Position numbers and translations under genes: made by a program
Shown here: in pieces, positions 9,822 to 19,800 of the stretch
How positions within the stretch are numbered: the first letter of the stretch is position 1
How the letters are laid out: each line of letters starts with the position of its first letter
From: Phycisphaerae bacterium
GTDB taxonomy: Bacteria; Planctomycetota; Phycisphaerae; UBA1845; Fen-1342
NCBI GenBank assembly: GCA_050115495.1
Contig: JASFQK010000037.1
Coordinates: forward strand, 8,600-72,599
Length of the DNA: 64,000 nucleotides
Direction: 5' to 3'
The notes under the pieces: model-generated
Databases searched by the model: none
What the model saw: only the letters and a program-made list of their open reading frames with translations
What the model was told of the DNA's origin: nothing

Positions 9822-11066
9822 TTATGCTTCGGTCGGGGCGTGGGGCAGGTCGAAGTAGATCATTGCCGTCGAGGGGACGACGGGATACTCGACGCGGCAG
9901 CGGTAGACGTCGAACGCCTGGTCATTCCACCCAAGGCGATCGAACACGTGGCGGGCCAATTCGGCGTAGCGGGGGAAGTCCTGCGTCTGGAGCACGGACG
10001 CCCCGCGTCCGAGATAGCTGACGGTCTCGCGCGTGGTTGGCAGGCTGCGTTGCCGCCACGGATCCTCACCGCGGCGTTCACAGAAGTGCTCAACACAGAC
10101 GGCCGCGCCCGGCAAGTTCGCACCGAAAGTCCCCTCGTGCACCAGCAAATCCAGTACAACCGCTTCGCAGGGCGTCCGTACCTTCTGGCACGCATTGAAC
10201 CGTGGGTCCTTCTCTCTCCAGTGGCGACAGCCGACTTCGCGTATCACATGCCCTTCGAAACAGGTAATTGCACTACACCGGCCAACACCTCTGCTGACGA
10301 ACTCCCCCTGGAACTCGTTCGAAGGCTCCTCGATCTCGCGAAACTCGGGCAGAGGCTCGCTGCAGAAGTCGGACAGCAGAGACATCCGATCAGCGCCAAC
10401 AGCCGTGCCTAACGGCTCGCGGCAGACCTTCTGTATGCAGCCGGCAGGAGTAACAGCGCACGCCCGCGAGACGATCAGCGGGGCGTCGCCGCGCAGTTGG
10501 CGCAGGGAGATGATCCCCTCGACGCGGGCCATGTCGAACATTGTTGGGTTGGTTGCTGGCTGGACAGCCATGAACTTGAGCAGCGTCTTGGCCTGCATGC
10601 CCAGGATGTGCTTCAGCCCTCGAAAGACGAGGCGGCGATGTGCCAGGTCGATCTGCCTGGCCTCTTCGCCGTTCAGGAGCGAGCCGATCATGGAGTCAAA
10701 CGTCGCCCGGTCGCCAGCGTGCTTGTTGACCAGACGCTCGAGGTCGGCCGTGGCTTGCTCGGCGGCCTGGATGGTCCCGGCGTGCACGCCTTTGGCGGCA
10801 GCGGCCTCGAAGAACTTTTTGAGCACTGCAGGCGTCGGTACGTGCGGTGCGGCCGCGAGCGGATCGGCCGCCGTGGCCACCTTGTAGAGCCTCCAGCTCG
10901 CCGTCTTCTGAATGCGCAGGGCACGATGTAGATCGGCGCTATCGGTGACTGGGCCGGGAACCGCAGCGATCACATTGGCCAATCCAGCCCGTACGCGTCC
11001 TAGGACGGCGGCCGTCTCATCCTCAAACGATCCTCTTGCCCCGGCTTGTGGTTTTCGCTCAGCCAT
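9822..11066 (-). CDS. Uncharacterised ~410-aa protein, putative HTH regulator; paralog of 60249..61484
   Basis: Full-length similarity to 60249..61484 (e.g. FDRLGWNDQAFDVYRCRVEYP vs FDRLGWEAERFDVYRVQMQYP). HTH-like segment SADLHRALRIQKTASWRLYK. Start placed at ATG 11066 from promoter geometry. Confidence 0.75.
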   Translation of the reverse strand: MAERKPQAGARGSFEDETAAVLGRVRAGLANVIAAVPGPVTDSADLHRALRIQKTASWRLYKVATAADPLAAAPHVPTPAVLKKFFEAAAAKGVHAGTIQAAEQATADLERLVNKHAGDRATFDSMIGSLLNGEEARQIDLAHRRLVFRGLKHILGMQAKTLLKFMAVQPATNPTMFDMARVEGIISLRQLRGDAPLIVSRACAVTPAGCIQKVCREPLGTAVGADRMSLLSDFCSEPLPEFREIEEPSNEFQGEFVSRGVGRCSAITCFEGHVIREVGCRHWREKDPRFNACQKVRTPCEAVVLDLLVHEGTFGANLPGAAVCVEHFCERRGEDPWRQRSLPTTRETVSYLGRGASVLQTQDFPRYAELARHVFDRLGWNDQAFDVYRCRVEYPVVPSTAMIYFDLPHAPTEA

Positions 11067-11073
11067 AACGCCT

Positions 11074-11101
11074 AGAATAAACATCTTCGCGTTCAAGTCA
11101 A
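11074..11101 (-). promoter_or_regulatory. Sigma70-like promoter, probably giving a leaderless mRNA
   Basis: TTGACT-N16-TATTCT-N7-ATG(11066); no SD sequence. Confidence 0.55.
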
Positions 11102-11122
11102 TCTTCATGGGGTGGTATCTGC

Positions 11123-11142
11123 GAAGATTTACAGAAATCTTC
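11123..11142. promoter_or_regulatory. Palindromic operator candidate between divergent promoters
   Basis: Perfect 8-bp inverted repeat GAAGATTT-ACAG-AAATCTTC, with further AAGAT/ATCTT half-sites nearby. Confidence 0.55.
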
Positions 11143-11151
11143 CCACAAAGA

Positions 11152-11180
11152 TTGACACGAATTCACCGGCCTGTTACAGT
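11152..11180 (+). promoter_or_regulatory. Near-consensus sigma70 promoter
   Basis: TTGACA-N17-TACAGT with an extended -10 TG. Confidence 0.7.
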
Positions 11181-11258
11181 AGCGGTTGCCGTGAGCGATC
11201 TCGAGGTGGAGCGGCTGGGTCTTGGCTCAGACGAACACGACGTAAAGGAGGTGGCAAG

Positions 11259-11465
11259 ATGAGGGAGAGGGCGAAGGTGGCCAGCGAGTATGCCGGCAGA
11301 GCACGCGGTCATCGACGGGCTGCTCACGGCGGCGGCCCCCGTGCCCGGAAGTGCCTGCGGAAGATATATCAGTTCTTCGAAGACGCGTGCTATGCGGAGT
11401 CACGGATCACGCTCCCGCGAGTTCCATCAGTATCCGAGCTCCCAGGGTTCAAGGACATATGGTAG
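11259..11465 (+). CDS. Small hypothetical protein (68 aa)
   Basis: Strong SD (AAAGGAGGT) before ATG 11259, downstream of the promoter at 11152; the stop abuts the SD of the next gene. Confidence 0.45.
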   Translation: MRERAKVASEYAGRARGHRRAAHGGGPRARKCLRKIYQFFEDACYAESRITLPRVPSVSELPGFKDIW

Positions 11466-11479
11466 AGGAGGCGTAACAC

Positions 11480-14263
11480 ATGAATTGGAAGAGGTTCACT
11501 TTTGGATTGGGCGCCGTGCTGTTGTGTGCGAACATGATTGCATACAGCGCAGATCCCGCGAGCCCGACGGCGTCCGTTTCCACCGTGAGAGCGACGTTAC
11601 CCAGGACTGCGGCGGTGATGCCTGCAACCACGTGGAAGGTCAGCTTCAAGACCGCAAGGAATCCAGTCCTGGCTGGTGGTGAAGCTCCCGTGACTGACGC
11701 AGTGAAGAAGAGCGACGTTACCCTCACGTTGGGCGGTTCGCGCGACGTGCCGGACAACGACACCTGCGAGAACGCGATCCCCGTCGCCACTTCGTATCCC
11801 ACCACGATCTGCGGAACAAACGTGGGTGCCACAGACGACTGCCCGGCGTACTTCGATGATTATGAAGGCGTCTGGTATGCGATCGAACTGCCGTACGAGT
11901 ACAACACTCTGGTGACCGACTACTGCGCGACCGACCTTGAGTGGCCGTGCGAGCTCGGAATCATCTGCTATGAAGACTGCAACGACTGCTCAGCCTTCAT
12001 CGTCGGTGAAACTGATTGGCAGGATTGCGGCGACGGCAGTTGGAGCCCAAAGATCTGGTGGGAGGACCTGCCGGGGCCGACGACCGTGCTGCTTCCGATC
12101 TGGATCAACCCGGCCCAGGATTTCTGCATCACGGTCGACGTAACGGAGTCCTTCCCGTGCAGTGTCGATTGCCCGGAAGGAAGTGTTGCGGAAAGCGAGG
12201 CTTGCGGCGAGGACACCAACGGCGGCTGTGGCATGGATACGCCGGCGTTCGAGCCACTGACCTGCGGCGAGACAGTCTGCGGCACGGGCTGGGCCGAGGG
12301 GGGGGGGCGTGACACCGATTGGTACGAGATCACCATCGACGAACCAACCTTCATGACGTGGACGGTCGCGGGCGAATTCGAGAGTGGCGTGTGGGCCGGC
12401 CTGGTGGAAACGGAGATCCCCGGCGTGCCGGACTGTGATCTGTTGTCGGGAACACTCATAGACCATTGGGCGTATGACTGTGAAGAGTTCAGTATCACCT
12501 ATGCCGCACGTCCAGGCACCTACTGGTGGTTCGTTTGCCCTGTCGGTTACCAGAGGACGTCTTGCGACGCCCGGAATCAGTACGTTGCCACGATGAGGTG
12601 CCAGCCGTGGGAGATCCGCGGCGCCTGCTGTGACGAGGATACGGGCATTTGCAGGGACGGCGTCCTCATGCAGGATTGCCCTGAACCGATGCGTTTTACC
12701 GAGAACACGCTGTGTGCTGACTTGATGCCGCCGTGTGGCGGTTGCCCGGAGAGCACGATCGAGATCGAGATTCAGACCGATTATAACCCGTCTGAGACGA
12801 CATGGGAGATTACGGATCACGACACCGGTGCGGTGATCTGCTCCGGCGGTCCCTACGAAACGCAGTTCTGGACGTACTTCGCGCACTGCTGCATCGGCGC
12901 GGACGACTGCTTCGACTTCACGATCTACGACTCCTATGGCGACGGCCACGGGACGATGGGTGGGTACGCCGTCCGTCTCGACGGCGTCGAGCTCATCAGC
13001 ACAATCGAAAGCGGCTGGTACGGCGCTGAGATCACCCACAGCGGCATCGGCGCCAACTGCGAAGCCGGCCGCTGCTGCTATGAGCCCTGGCCAAATTGCG
13101 CCGACGCGACACTGTTGGACTGTGTCAGCGTCTACGACGGCGTGTGGACCGAGGGGCTGACCTGTGAAACTGATCCGTGTCAGAATCCCGACATTCCCGA
13201 TTTCGAAGTCACTGCTCCGTATACGTCGCCCCAGCGAACCACTTGTGGTGGGATCGACCGTTGCCAGCCGGAAGGCAACCCCCTTGTCCACGAGGAACAC
13301 GTTTATCTCGTCACGATTCCGAACGACGGCCTCTGGAGCTTCAACACGTGCCTGGAGACAACTTCGAGCACGTGGCTGTCGGTTGGTACGTCGATGTGCG
13401 AAACGGACATCGGTTGGAACGCGGGCGCCTGCGGCGAGTCTGCCGAACTCGTCGTGACCCTGGACGCCGGCGAGTACTTCGTCACCGTTGAAAACAGACT
13501 GCTGTGCGGAACGTACGTGCTCGACATTCACGAGGTCATCCCCTGCGACGTTGAGTGTCCGGCCGACGCTACGCGCGAATCCGAGCCGTGCGGTGAGAGC
13601 ATCAACAAGGGCTGCCACGGGCAGCCGGCTGTGTTCGAACCGATCGCTCTTAACCAGCCGATCTGTGGCACGCTCTGGGCTGCCAATATGGAAGCTGACA
13701 ATGACTGGTTCGAGTTCGTGGCTCCGGCAGATGACACGATAACGTGGTCGGTCCGGACGAACTTCGACGGCATCGTCGGCGTGGCCCACCAGATAGTGCC
13801 TGGCGAGCCAGGTTGCAGTAACCTCAGCGGTCTCGTCACTCCGAAAGTATGGACGTGGTCGGATTGCGAGGACGCGAGCGTATCATTCCCGGTCGTGGCT
13901 GGCGGCACCTACTACCTGTGCATCCTTCACCAGACGATGTACAACAATCCGTGCGGCACGACCAATGACTACGTCGCTACACTCACCGGCACCAACAACA
14001 TCTGCGGTGACCTCGATGGTGACGGCGATGTTGACCATGACGATTACATGATCTTCCTGGGCGCCTTCGGCACGTGCGTCGGCGAGGCCAACTACGTGGC
14101 CGAGGCGGACTTCGACGGTGACGGATGTATCACGCTCGTCGATTACCAATCGTGGGTGGTGTGTTACCGCGACACGAATCCGGGCGGTAAGTCCCCCATG
14201 CTCAATCCAAGCGCGAAGGGCAAGATCCGGAAGTTGCCCGTCGGAGACATCGAGCGACCGTAG
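11480..14263 (+). CDS. Secreted Cys-rich repeat protein with C-terminal dockerin-like (paired EF-hand) module
   Basis: Signal peptide. Internal duplication (ESEACGEDTNGGC...DTDWYEIT vs ESEPCGESINKGC...DNDWFEFV). C-terminal GDLDGDGDVDHDD...ADFDGDGCITLVD. Confidence 0.85.
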   Translation: MNWKRFTFGLGAVLLCANMIAYSADPASPTASVSTVRATLPRTAAVMPATTWKVSFKTARNPVLAGGEAPVTDAVKKSDVTLTLGGSRDVPDNDTCENAIPVATSYPTTICGTNVGATDDCPAYFDDYEGVWYAIELPYEYNTLVTDYCATDLEWPCELGIICYEDCNDCSAFIVGETDWQDCGDGSWSPKIWWEDLPGPTTVLLPIWINPAQDFCITVDVTESFPCSVDCPEGSVAESEACGEDTNGGCGMDTPAFEPLTCGETVCGTGWAEGGGRDTDWYEITIDEPTFMTWTVAGEFESGVWAGLVETEIPGVPDCDLLSGTLIDHWAYDCEEFSITYAARPGTYWWFVCPVGYQRTSCDARNQYVATMRCQPWEIRGACCDEDTGICRDGVLMQDCPEPMRFTENTLCADLMPPCGGCPESTIEIEIQTDYNPSETTWEITDHDTGAVICSGGPYETQFWTYFAHCCIGADDCFDFTIYDSYGDGHGTMGGYAVRLDGVELISTIESGWYGAEITHSGIGANCEAGRCCYEPWPNCADATLLDCVSVYDGVWTEGLTCETDPCQNPDIPDFEVTAPYTSPQRTTCGGIDRCQPEGNPLVHEEHVYLVTIPNDGLWSFNTCLETTSSTWLSVGTSMCETDIGWNAGACGESAELVVTLDAGEYFVTVENRLLCGTYVLDIHEVIPCDVECPADATRESEPCGESINKGCHGQPAVFEPIALNQPICGTLWAANMEADNDWFEFVAPADDTITWSVRTNFDGIVGVAHQIVPGEPGCSNLSGLVTPKVWTWSDCEDASVSFPVVAGGTYYLCILHQTMYNNPCGTTNDYVATLTGTNNICGDLDGDGDVDHDDYMIFLGAFGTCVGEANYVAEADFDGDGCITLVDYQSWVVCYRDTNPGGKSPMLNPSAKGKIRKLPVGDIERP

Positions 14264-14270
14264 GCTGAAC

Positions 14271-14322
14271 GCGGGCGGGGGGCTGCCCGTCGGCCTCGTG
14301 CCGGCGGGCAGGTCCTCCCGCG
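14271..14322 (+). other. Intergenic GC-rich stem-loop (stabiliser or weak terminator)
   Basis: CTGCCCGTCGGC pairs with GCCGGCGGGCAG and the stem extends outward; no immediate U-tract. Confidence 0.55.
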
Positions 14323-14382
14323 CTGTGCCGGTTCTGAGGAGTGTTTTGACTACTGCCGAAGGAATTCGGAGGAGGCTTTGAC

Positions 14383-14925
14383 ATGAGAAGACTGCTGTGT
14401 TCCCTGATCACGGTTGCGGCGCTGGCTGTGAGCGCATCCGCCGCCATCACGATCGACTTCGACCCGTGTGACGCGTACATCTACGGCATCGGCAACACGG
14501 TCGACGTGGACATCATTGCCGACATCCCCGAGGCCGACGCGATCCTCGGCTGGGGGATGGACGTCATCGTCGACGATCCGTCGATCGCCGACATCACGCA
14601 CGTGGCCATCAACGAAGTGCTGTTCGATGCGGCGTACGCACCGGACGGCGACGGGCTGGCCGCGCTGGTTCCCAACGCCGGGACCGTGTGGGGCGACGAC
14701 ATCGTGCTCGCCACGCTGACGTTCACCGCGTACGACGGCTATGACATCTGGACGGAGATCTGGGGCTCGGACGACAACCCGAGCGACCTTATGGAAGGGT
14801 TCGCGCTGGACGGCGGCGGCTTCGCCGATGTGCAGTACCTGACCGGCTTCGTCAATGTCGAGATTCCCGAACCGGCGTCATTGGCGCTGCTGGCCCTGGC
14901 GGCGCTGGCGCTGCGTCGCCGGTAG
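14383..14925 (+). CDS. PEP-CTERM protein with a cohesin-like domain
   Basis: C-terminus IPEPASLALLALAALALRRR. The ~140-aa beta domain has a cohesin-like pattern (GNTVDVDIIA..ILGWGMDVIVDDPSIAD..GDDIVLATLTFTA). Confidence 0.8.
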   Translation: MRRLLCSLITVAALAVSASAAITIDFDPCDAYIYGIGNTVDVDIIADIPEADAILGWGMDVIVDDPSIADITHVAINEVLFDAAYAPDGDGLAALVPNAGTVWGDDIVLATLTFTAYDGYDIWTEIWGSDDNPSDLMEGFALDGGGFADVQYLTGFVNVEIPEPASLALLALAALALRRR

Positions 14926-15061
14926 ACGAGCGACTCCTGACCCACTCTCAGAGCAGGGCTGCTCGCTTGCCGGGCAGTCCTGCTGCTTTGCGCGTCAGGC
15001 TCGCTGCACGCACGCTGTCTCCGGTCACCTGTCGCGCACCTGAACCGAGAGGAGCCGTGTT

Positions 15062-15778
15062 TCAGCGGTGGCGTAGGGCGACCAGTCCGCAGAGCAGCAA
15101 CTGGGACATGGCCGGCTCTGGCATCCAGCCGTAGGCGAGCCCATCCACATCCATGAACTCCCCCGGGGCTCCCCATTGGTTGTCGGACGCCAGCACGACA
15201 TTCAGGGGAATCCTCGTGCCGATCGGACCGGCATGGTAGGCCAACACGCCCTCGCACCAATAGTCGATCCCTTGGCCGTGCGGCCACGTGTCCGCGCAGA
15301 AGAACGCGTAGCCAGCACTCCATGAGTACCCCGTCGGCACGAATTCCGGGCCCTCACCGAGGTCGTCCAGCACAAGGATCTGGTGATCGGGCGTAAAGCG
15401 AAAGCCCGATGTCGGCAGCCCGTCTCGACCGCGACCCAGCAGGTCGTACGTCGTTCGCGGGGATACGTCGGAGAAGCTCACTTCGGCGTACAGGAATCCC
15501 CAGTCTATGTCAGAAGGGAAATACTCGGCGGGGCTAACCGCTTCGACGCGCTGCCCACTGGGCACATTCTCATCTGTGGAGAAGCGCAGGTGCTTCTGCC
15601 CCCAGGAGGGGTGTTCGTCCGAGATCTCCGGGGCCGTGACTCCTGTGCTGGTCCAGCCATGCTGTCCCGCAATCGGTCCCAGCGCGTAGTTCTCAAAACC
15701 GACAAGCTGCGTGCGGACGCCAGCGGCGGTGACGCACAATGGCAGTGCCGCGCACGCGATAGCAATCCACCATTTCAT
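15062..15778 (-). CDS. PEP-CTERM protein
   Basis: Signal peptide MKWWIAIACAALPLCVTAA with AGGAG SD; C-terminus MPEPAMSQLLLCGLVALRHR. Confidence 0.8.
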   Translation of the reverse strand: MKWWIAIACAALPLCVTAAGVRTQLVGFENYALGPIAGQHGWTSTGVTAPEISDEHPSWGQKHLRFSTDENVPSGQRVEAVSPAEYFPSDIDWGFLYAEVSFSDVSPRTTYDLLGRGRDGLPTSGFRFTPDHQILVLDDLGEGPEFVPTGYSWSAGYAFFCADTWPHGQGIDYWCEGVLAYHAGPIGTRIPLNVVLASDNQWGAPGEFMDVDGLAYGWMPEPAMSQLLLCGLVALRHR

Positions 15779-16038
15779 CGTAGCTCTCCTTGTCTGTTCA
15801 GCCGTGTGGAGCGAAAGGTCGCACGCGTCGTCGCACGTCGGATGTGTCCCGGAAGGTCGTGCGCGGTTTCGCTGCTGGTTCGTGCCAAAGCATTGTATGG
15901 CCCTGCCCTCGGCGTTTTCCTGCACCTCTTTCTGGGGGACGCGGGCGGAGTGAGGCTGCCGTGGCGGGGGTCAGACGGCCGACTTGCGGCTAAAATGGAG
16001 CCGCGGGGGGGGTGATTGGCCATAAGGAGGTGTCGCAA

Positions 16039-16758
16039 ATGCCGCGGATTCGCATGCACGGGCAGTGGTTTGGGCGATTTCATTTGCAGGTACTGGCGCT
16101 GTTACTGCTGTCGGCGGCGGCCGTGGCGCTGACGCCGCAAGCCAAGCCGAATCCCGATCCGGAACGCTTCGCCAACGAGATCCGCGCGTTCGAGCAGTGG
16201 GACAGAAAGAACTCGGCGGTGGCGGACGCCGTGCTGTTCGCCGGCAGCTCCAGCATCCGCATGTGGCCCACGCACGAGGCCTTCCCCACGCTGCCGGTGA
16301 TCAACCGCGGGTTCGGCGGGGCGCACATCTCGGACGTGATCCACTTCGCCGATCGTGTCGTCCTGCCGTACAAGGCGAGGGTGATCGTGTTCTACGCCGG
16401 CGACAACGACATTGCGGACGGCAAGTCGCCCGAGCAGGTGCGCGACGACTTCAAGTCGTTCGTTCAGTTGGTGCGGACGGCTCAGCCGCAGGTGCTGATT
16501 ATCTACCTGCCAATCAAGCCCAGCGTGGCCCGCTGGTCGCACTGGCCGCAGATGCAGCAAGCCAACAAGCTGATTCGCGAACTGTGTGAGTCCGGCGAGT
16601 GCCTCACCTACATCGACGTGGCGACGCCGCTATTGGGGTCGGATGGGCAGCCGCGGGCGGATCTGCTGCTCGAAGACGGGCTGCACCTCAATGCCGAGGG
16701 CTATAAGGTGTGGACGCACATGCTGACGCCGATTCTGCGGCGGCTGATGCGCGACTAG
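16039..16758 (+). CDS. Exported SGNH/GDSL hydrolase (esterase)
   Basis: Blocks FAGSSSIRMW, INRGFGG, YAGDND and EDGLHLN; SD AAGGAGG. Confidence 0.9.
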   Translation: MPRIRMHGQWFGRFHLQVLALLLLSAAAVALTPQAKPNPDPERFANEIRAFEQWDRKNSAVADAVLFAGSSSIRMWPTHEAFPTLPVINRGFGGAHISDVIHFADRVVLPYKARVIVFYAGDNDIADGKSPEQVRDDFKSFVQLVRTAQPQVLIIYLPIKPSVARWSHWPQMQQANKLIRELCESGECLTYIDVATPLLGSDGQPRADLLLEDGLHLNAEGYKVWTHMLTPILRRLMRD

Positions 16759-16872
16759 CGTTCACCAATCGTGGGCCGCGGGCGGGCCGGGGTCCTGACG
16801 CGTGTCGCCACGCGTCAGGACTTGCCGCCGCTCTCCCACGATCGTTCGTCAGGGGGGAGTCACCATGCGTTT

Positions 16873-19800
16873 CTATTCGGGGCCGGTGTAGAAGCCACTG
16901 AGCAGGGTCATGTCGTCCTGATCAATGTCTCCGTCACCGTCGACGTCGACGCAGGTGCAGCCGCCGCCCACGCCGCCACCGTCGCCGCTGAAGCAGGACT
17001 GGAACGTCGCGAAGTCCAGCAGGTCCACGTCGCTGTCCTCGTCGCAAGAGTGCGGCAGCATCCCGAACTGGAGGTTGTCGACGACCAGCGAGGCACCGTC
17101 GCCCCAGGTGAACAGGCCGTTTTGCATCGAGAGCGTCACGGCGAAAGCGTCCATCCCGACCAGCGAGCCCGGTACGGGGCCGACCACCGTCTCGAAATCC
17201 TCCGCCAGGAGTGCCCCGCTCGGATCGGAAACGGCGACGTTGTCGAAGTACACGGTGGCGCCGGTGCCCCAGGTTGGCGTGCGATACCCGAAGACGATGA
17301 TAGTCGCGATGTAGGACGGGGCGCTTGTGTCGAACCCATCCTCGGCCGTGAAGGTGTTCAGCGTTCCACCCAGCGTGTGGAAGGTGCCGTCGACCGCGGG
17401 GCTGTCCCAGGAGATCCGGCGACCGTTCTGGTCTTCGAGCCGCAGGGTGATCATGCCCGCCGACTCGCCGGCGCCCGGATCCCAGACGCCCTTGCAGTCG
17501 GCCGTAAACGACACCTGGCTGAGATTGCTCATGTTGATCTCGATGCCGGGCCAGGCCACGCCGGCCCAGTACCAGCCGGGGGGCGACTGGATGCCGGTCA
17601 CGGTGAGCTTGCCGCCGCCGCCGCCGCCGACACCGCAGTCCGTGCAGCCCTCGACGGACGCCGTTTCGATCGAGGCGCCCCAGCCGAAGCCGGCGAACGC
17701 CGTCTCGCCTTCGATCCCGATGTCCCAGGAAGTAATCGTGGAGCCCCACTCGGGATAGAACTGGCCGCCCTCCGGTGGCCAGGTGGACTCGCCGTCGGCC
17801 AGCACGGCGCCGACGGACTGGAACGTGCCGTCCGCGGTGCCGGCGAAGCTGACGTGGCCGGCCTCCTTGAGCCGCGGGGCAGGGGACGGCGACAGGTAGA
17901 CGTCATCGACCGTCAACGTGCCACCCCAGTTGCCATACGCTGAAGAGGGCGGCCCTTCGCCGATGAACATGATGACCACGGCGTAGCTTAGATTCGTGTC
18001 GAGGTCGAAGACGCCGTTGCTGCCGTCCGCGAAGCCGCTGACCGTGTAGCCAGACAGCGGGCCGCCGATGGACTGATACGTGCCGTCGTAAACCTGGTCG
18101 AAGCCGATCCAGTCGCCGTCCGGGTCTTCGAGCCGCAGGATGTACTGGGCCGGTTCCTGGAGCCACGACTCGTTCCACGTGCCCTTGACCTTCGCGGAGA
18201 TGGTCACGTTGGCCAGGTTCGTGGAGGCCAGGATCTGGTCGCGCCAGGCAGCGCCGGCGTACCAGTAGCCGTAGTCCTCCGGCCAGACGTCCCGCACTTC
18301 GATCTGCATGCAGCTACCGTTGTCGCCGTAGCCGCCGGTCGTGAGCCCGCGCACCCACACGCCGCCCGTGGCTGTCACCGTGGCGTCCACGGCGTGGAAG
18401 AAGGCCTCTTCGTTGTCAATCTGCGAGTTCCAGTCCTCGAACGTGACATCGGTCTCATCTGTGGCGGCGATCTGTACTTCCGTGTCGGTGGTAATCGCCG
18501 CGAAGTCCTCGTCGACGTTCGGAATCGCCACGTACCCTTGCAGGCGGAGTTCGTACTTCGCACCGACGACGTTGCCCTGCACGTCAGCCGACATCGTCAC
18601 GTACCGCGGGTCCAGCGTGCTCATCGGGGGCAGATCCCAGACCAGTGCTCCCGAGAAGTCGCTGCCGTCGGGGCGGTCGTTCGTCAGCACGAGATTGTCG
18701 ATGATCAGAGAGCCGCCGGTTCCCCAGGTCGGCGCCCGAGTCGGGTCGAAGAGCAGCATGACCCTGAAGGTTTCCGAATCGAAGTCGAACACGCCGGTCG
18801 CAGGGACGTCCGACGAGTTCTTCTCGATGGCCTGATCCAGCGTGCCGCCGATGGCTTGCCAGGTGCCGTCGGCAACGACCGGTGATTCGAAGACGAGCCG
18901 ATCGCCGTCGGCATCCTCGACGCGGAGCTGGTAGTGGCCGTAGATCTCGCCCTCCGCCGTGTTGGCATCGCCCTTGATGTCGGCGGTGAGGCTGTACTCG
19001 CTGCGGTCGAAGGCCGGCGGTCCGGAAATCACCTGGAAGGACACCGTGTCGAAGAAGACCGCGCCGCCGTCAGAGCCGGGATGGACCAACTGCAAGGCCG
19101 CCCGCACGGTCAGCGTGCCCGCCGGGGCCGTGAGCTGGATCGGCGTGTTGTCAATCCACGTGTCCAGCGGCGACGAACCGTCGAGCACCGTGGCAGCGGT
19201 CGTCGCCAGGGGCTCCTCGCTGATGCCGTCGTAGAACTCGATCCGCATCTCCGCGTAGTTGGAAGTGCCGTCGATTCCGTCGGCGGCGTGATGCGAGGAC
19301 CAGCAGTCGAGTTGCCAGGTCTGCCCCGGCTCGGCGCGCAGTTCCTGAGCGACGCCCGCGGAGTTCATCCCGGAGGCGCGACCCCAGACCTTCAAGTCCT
19401 GTGAACCTGCCTGCGGATCGGTCGTGACGATGAGTACGCTCGGATAGGAGCCGCTCGTATCACACCAAACGTCCCAGCCGGCGATGGTGTCCCACAAGCC
19501 CAACTCGAAACCCGGATTCTGCAGAACTCCCGAGCCACCGGGCCACACCGGAATAGACCACGCCAATCCGGCGTACCAGTTTCCGCCGTTCAGGGTGACG
19601 TCCGTGACAGCGATCTGGCCGCCGCCGGTTCCGCCGAGGCCGCCGTTGGTCAGGCCCTGGGCGGAGGCGTCGCCGTTGAGCACGGCGCCGCTGCGCATGT
19701 AGCAGAACGCCGACTCATCCTCGATGCCGTCGTCCCAGTCGGACGTTGTCGCGCTGAGGTTGGGCGTGTATCCGTCTCCGACGAGGAAGGCGCCGCCGCC

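Noticed and set aside
15870..15895. Sigma54-like TGGCACG motif upstream of a PEP-CTERM gene (a similar one lies near 25080-25095)
   Set aside because: GG-to-GC spacing is 9 rather than the required 10 bp.
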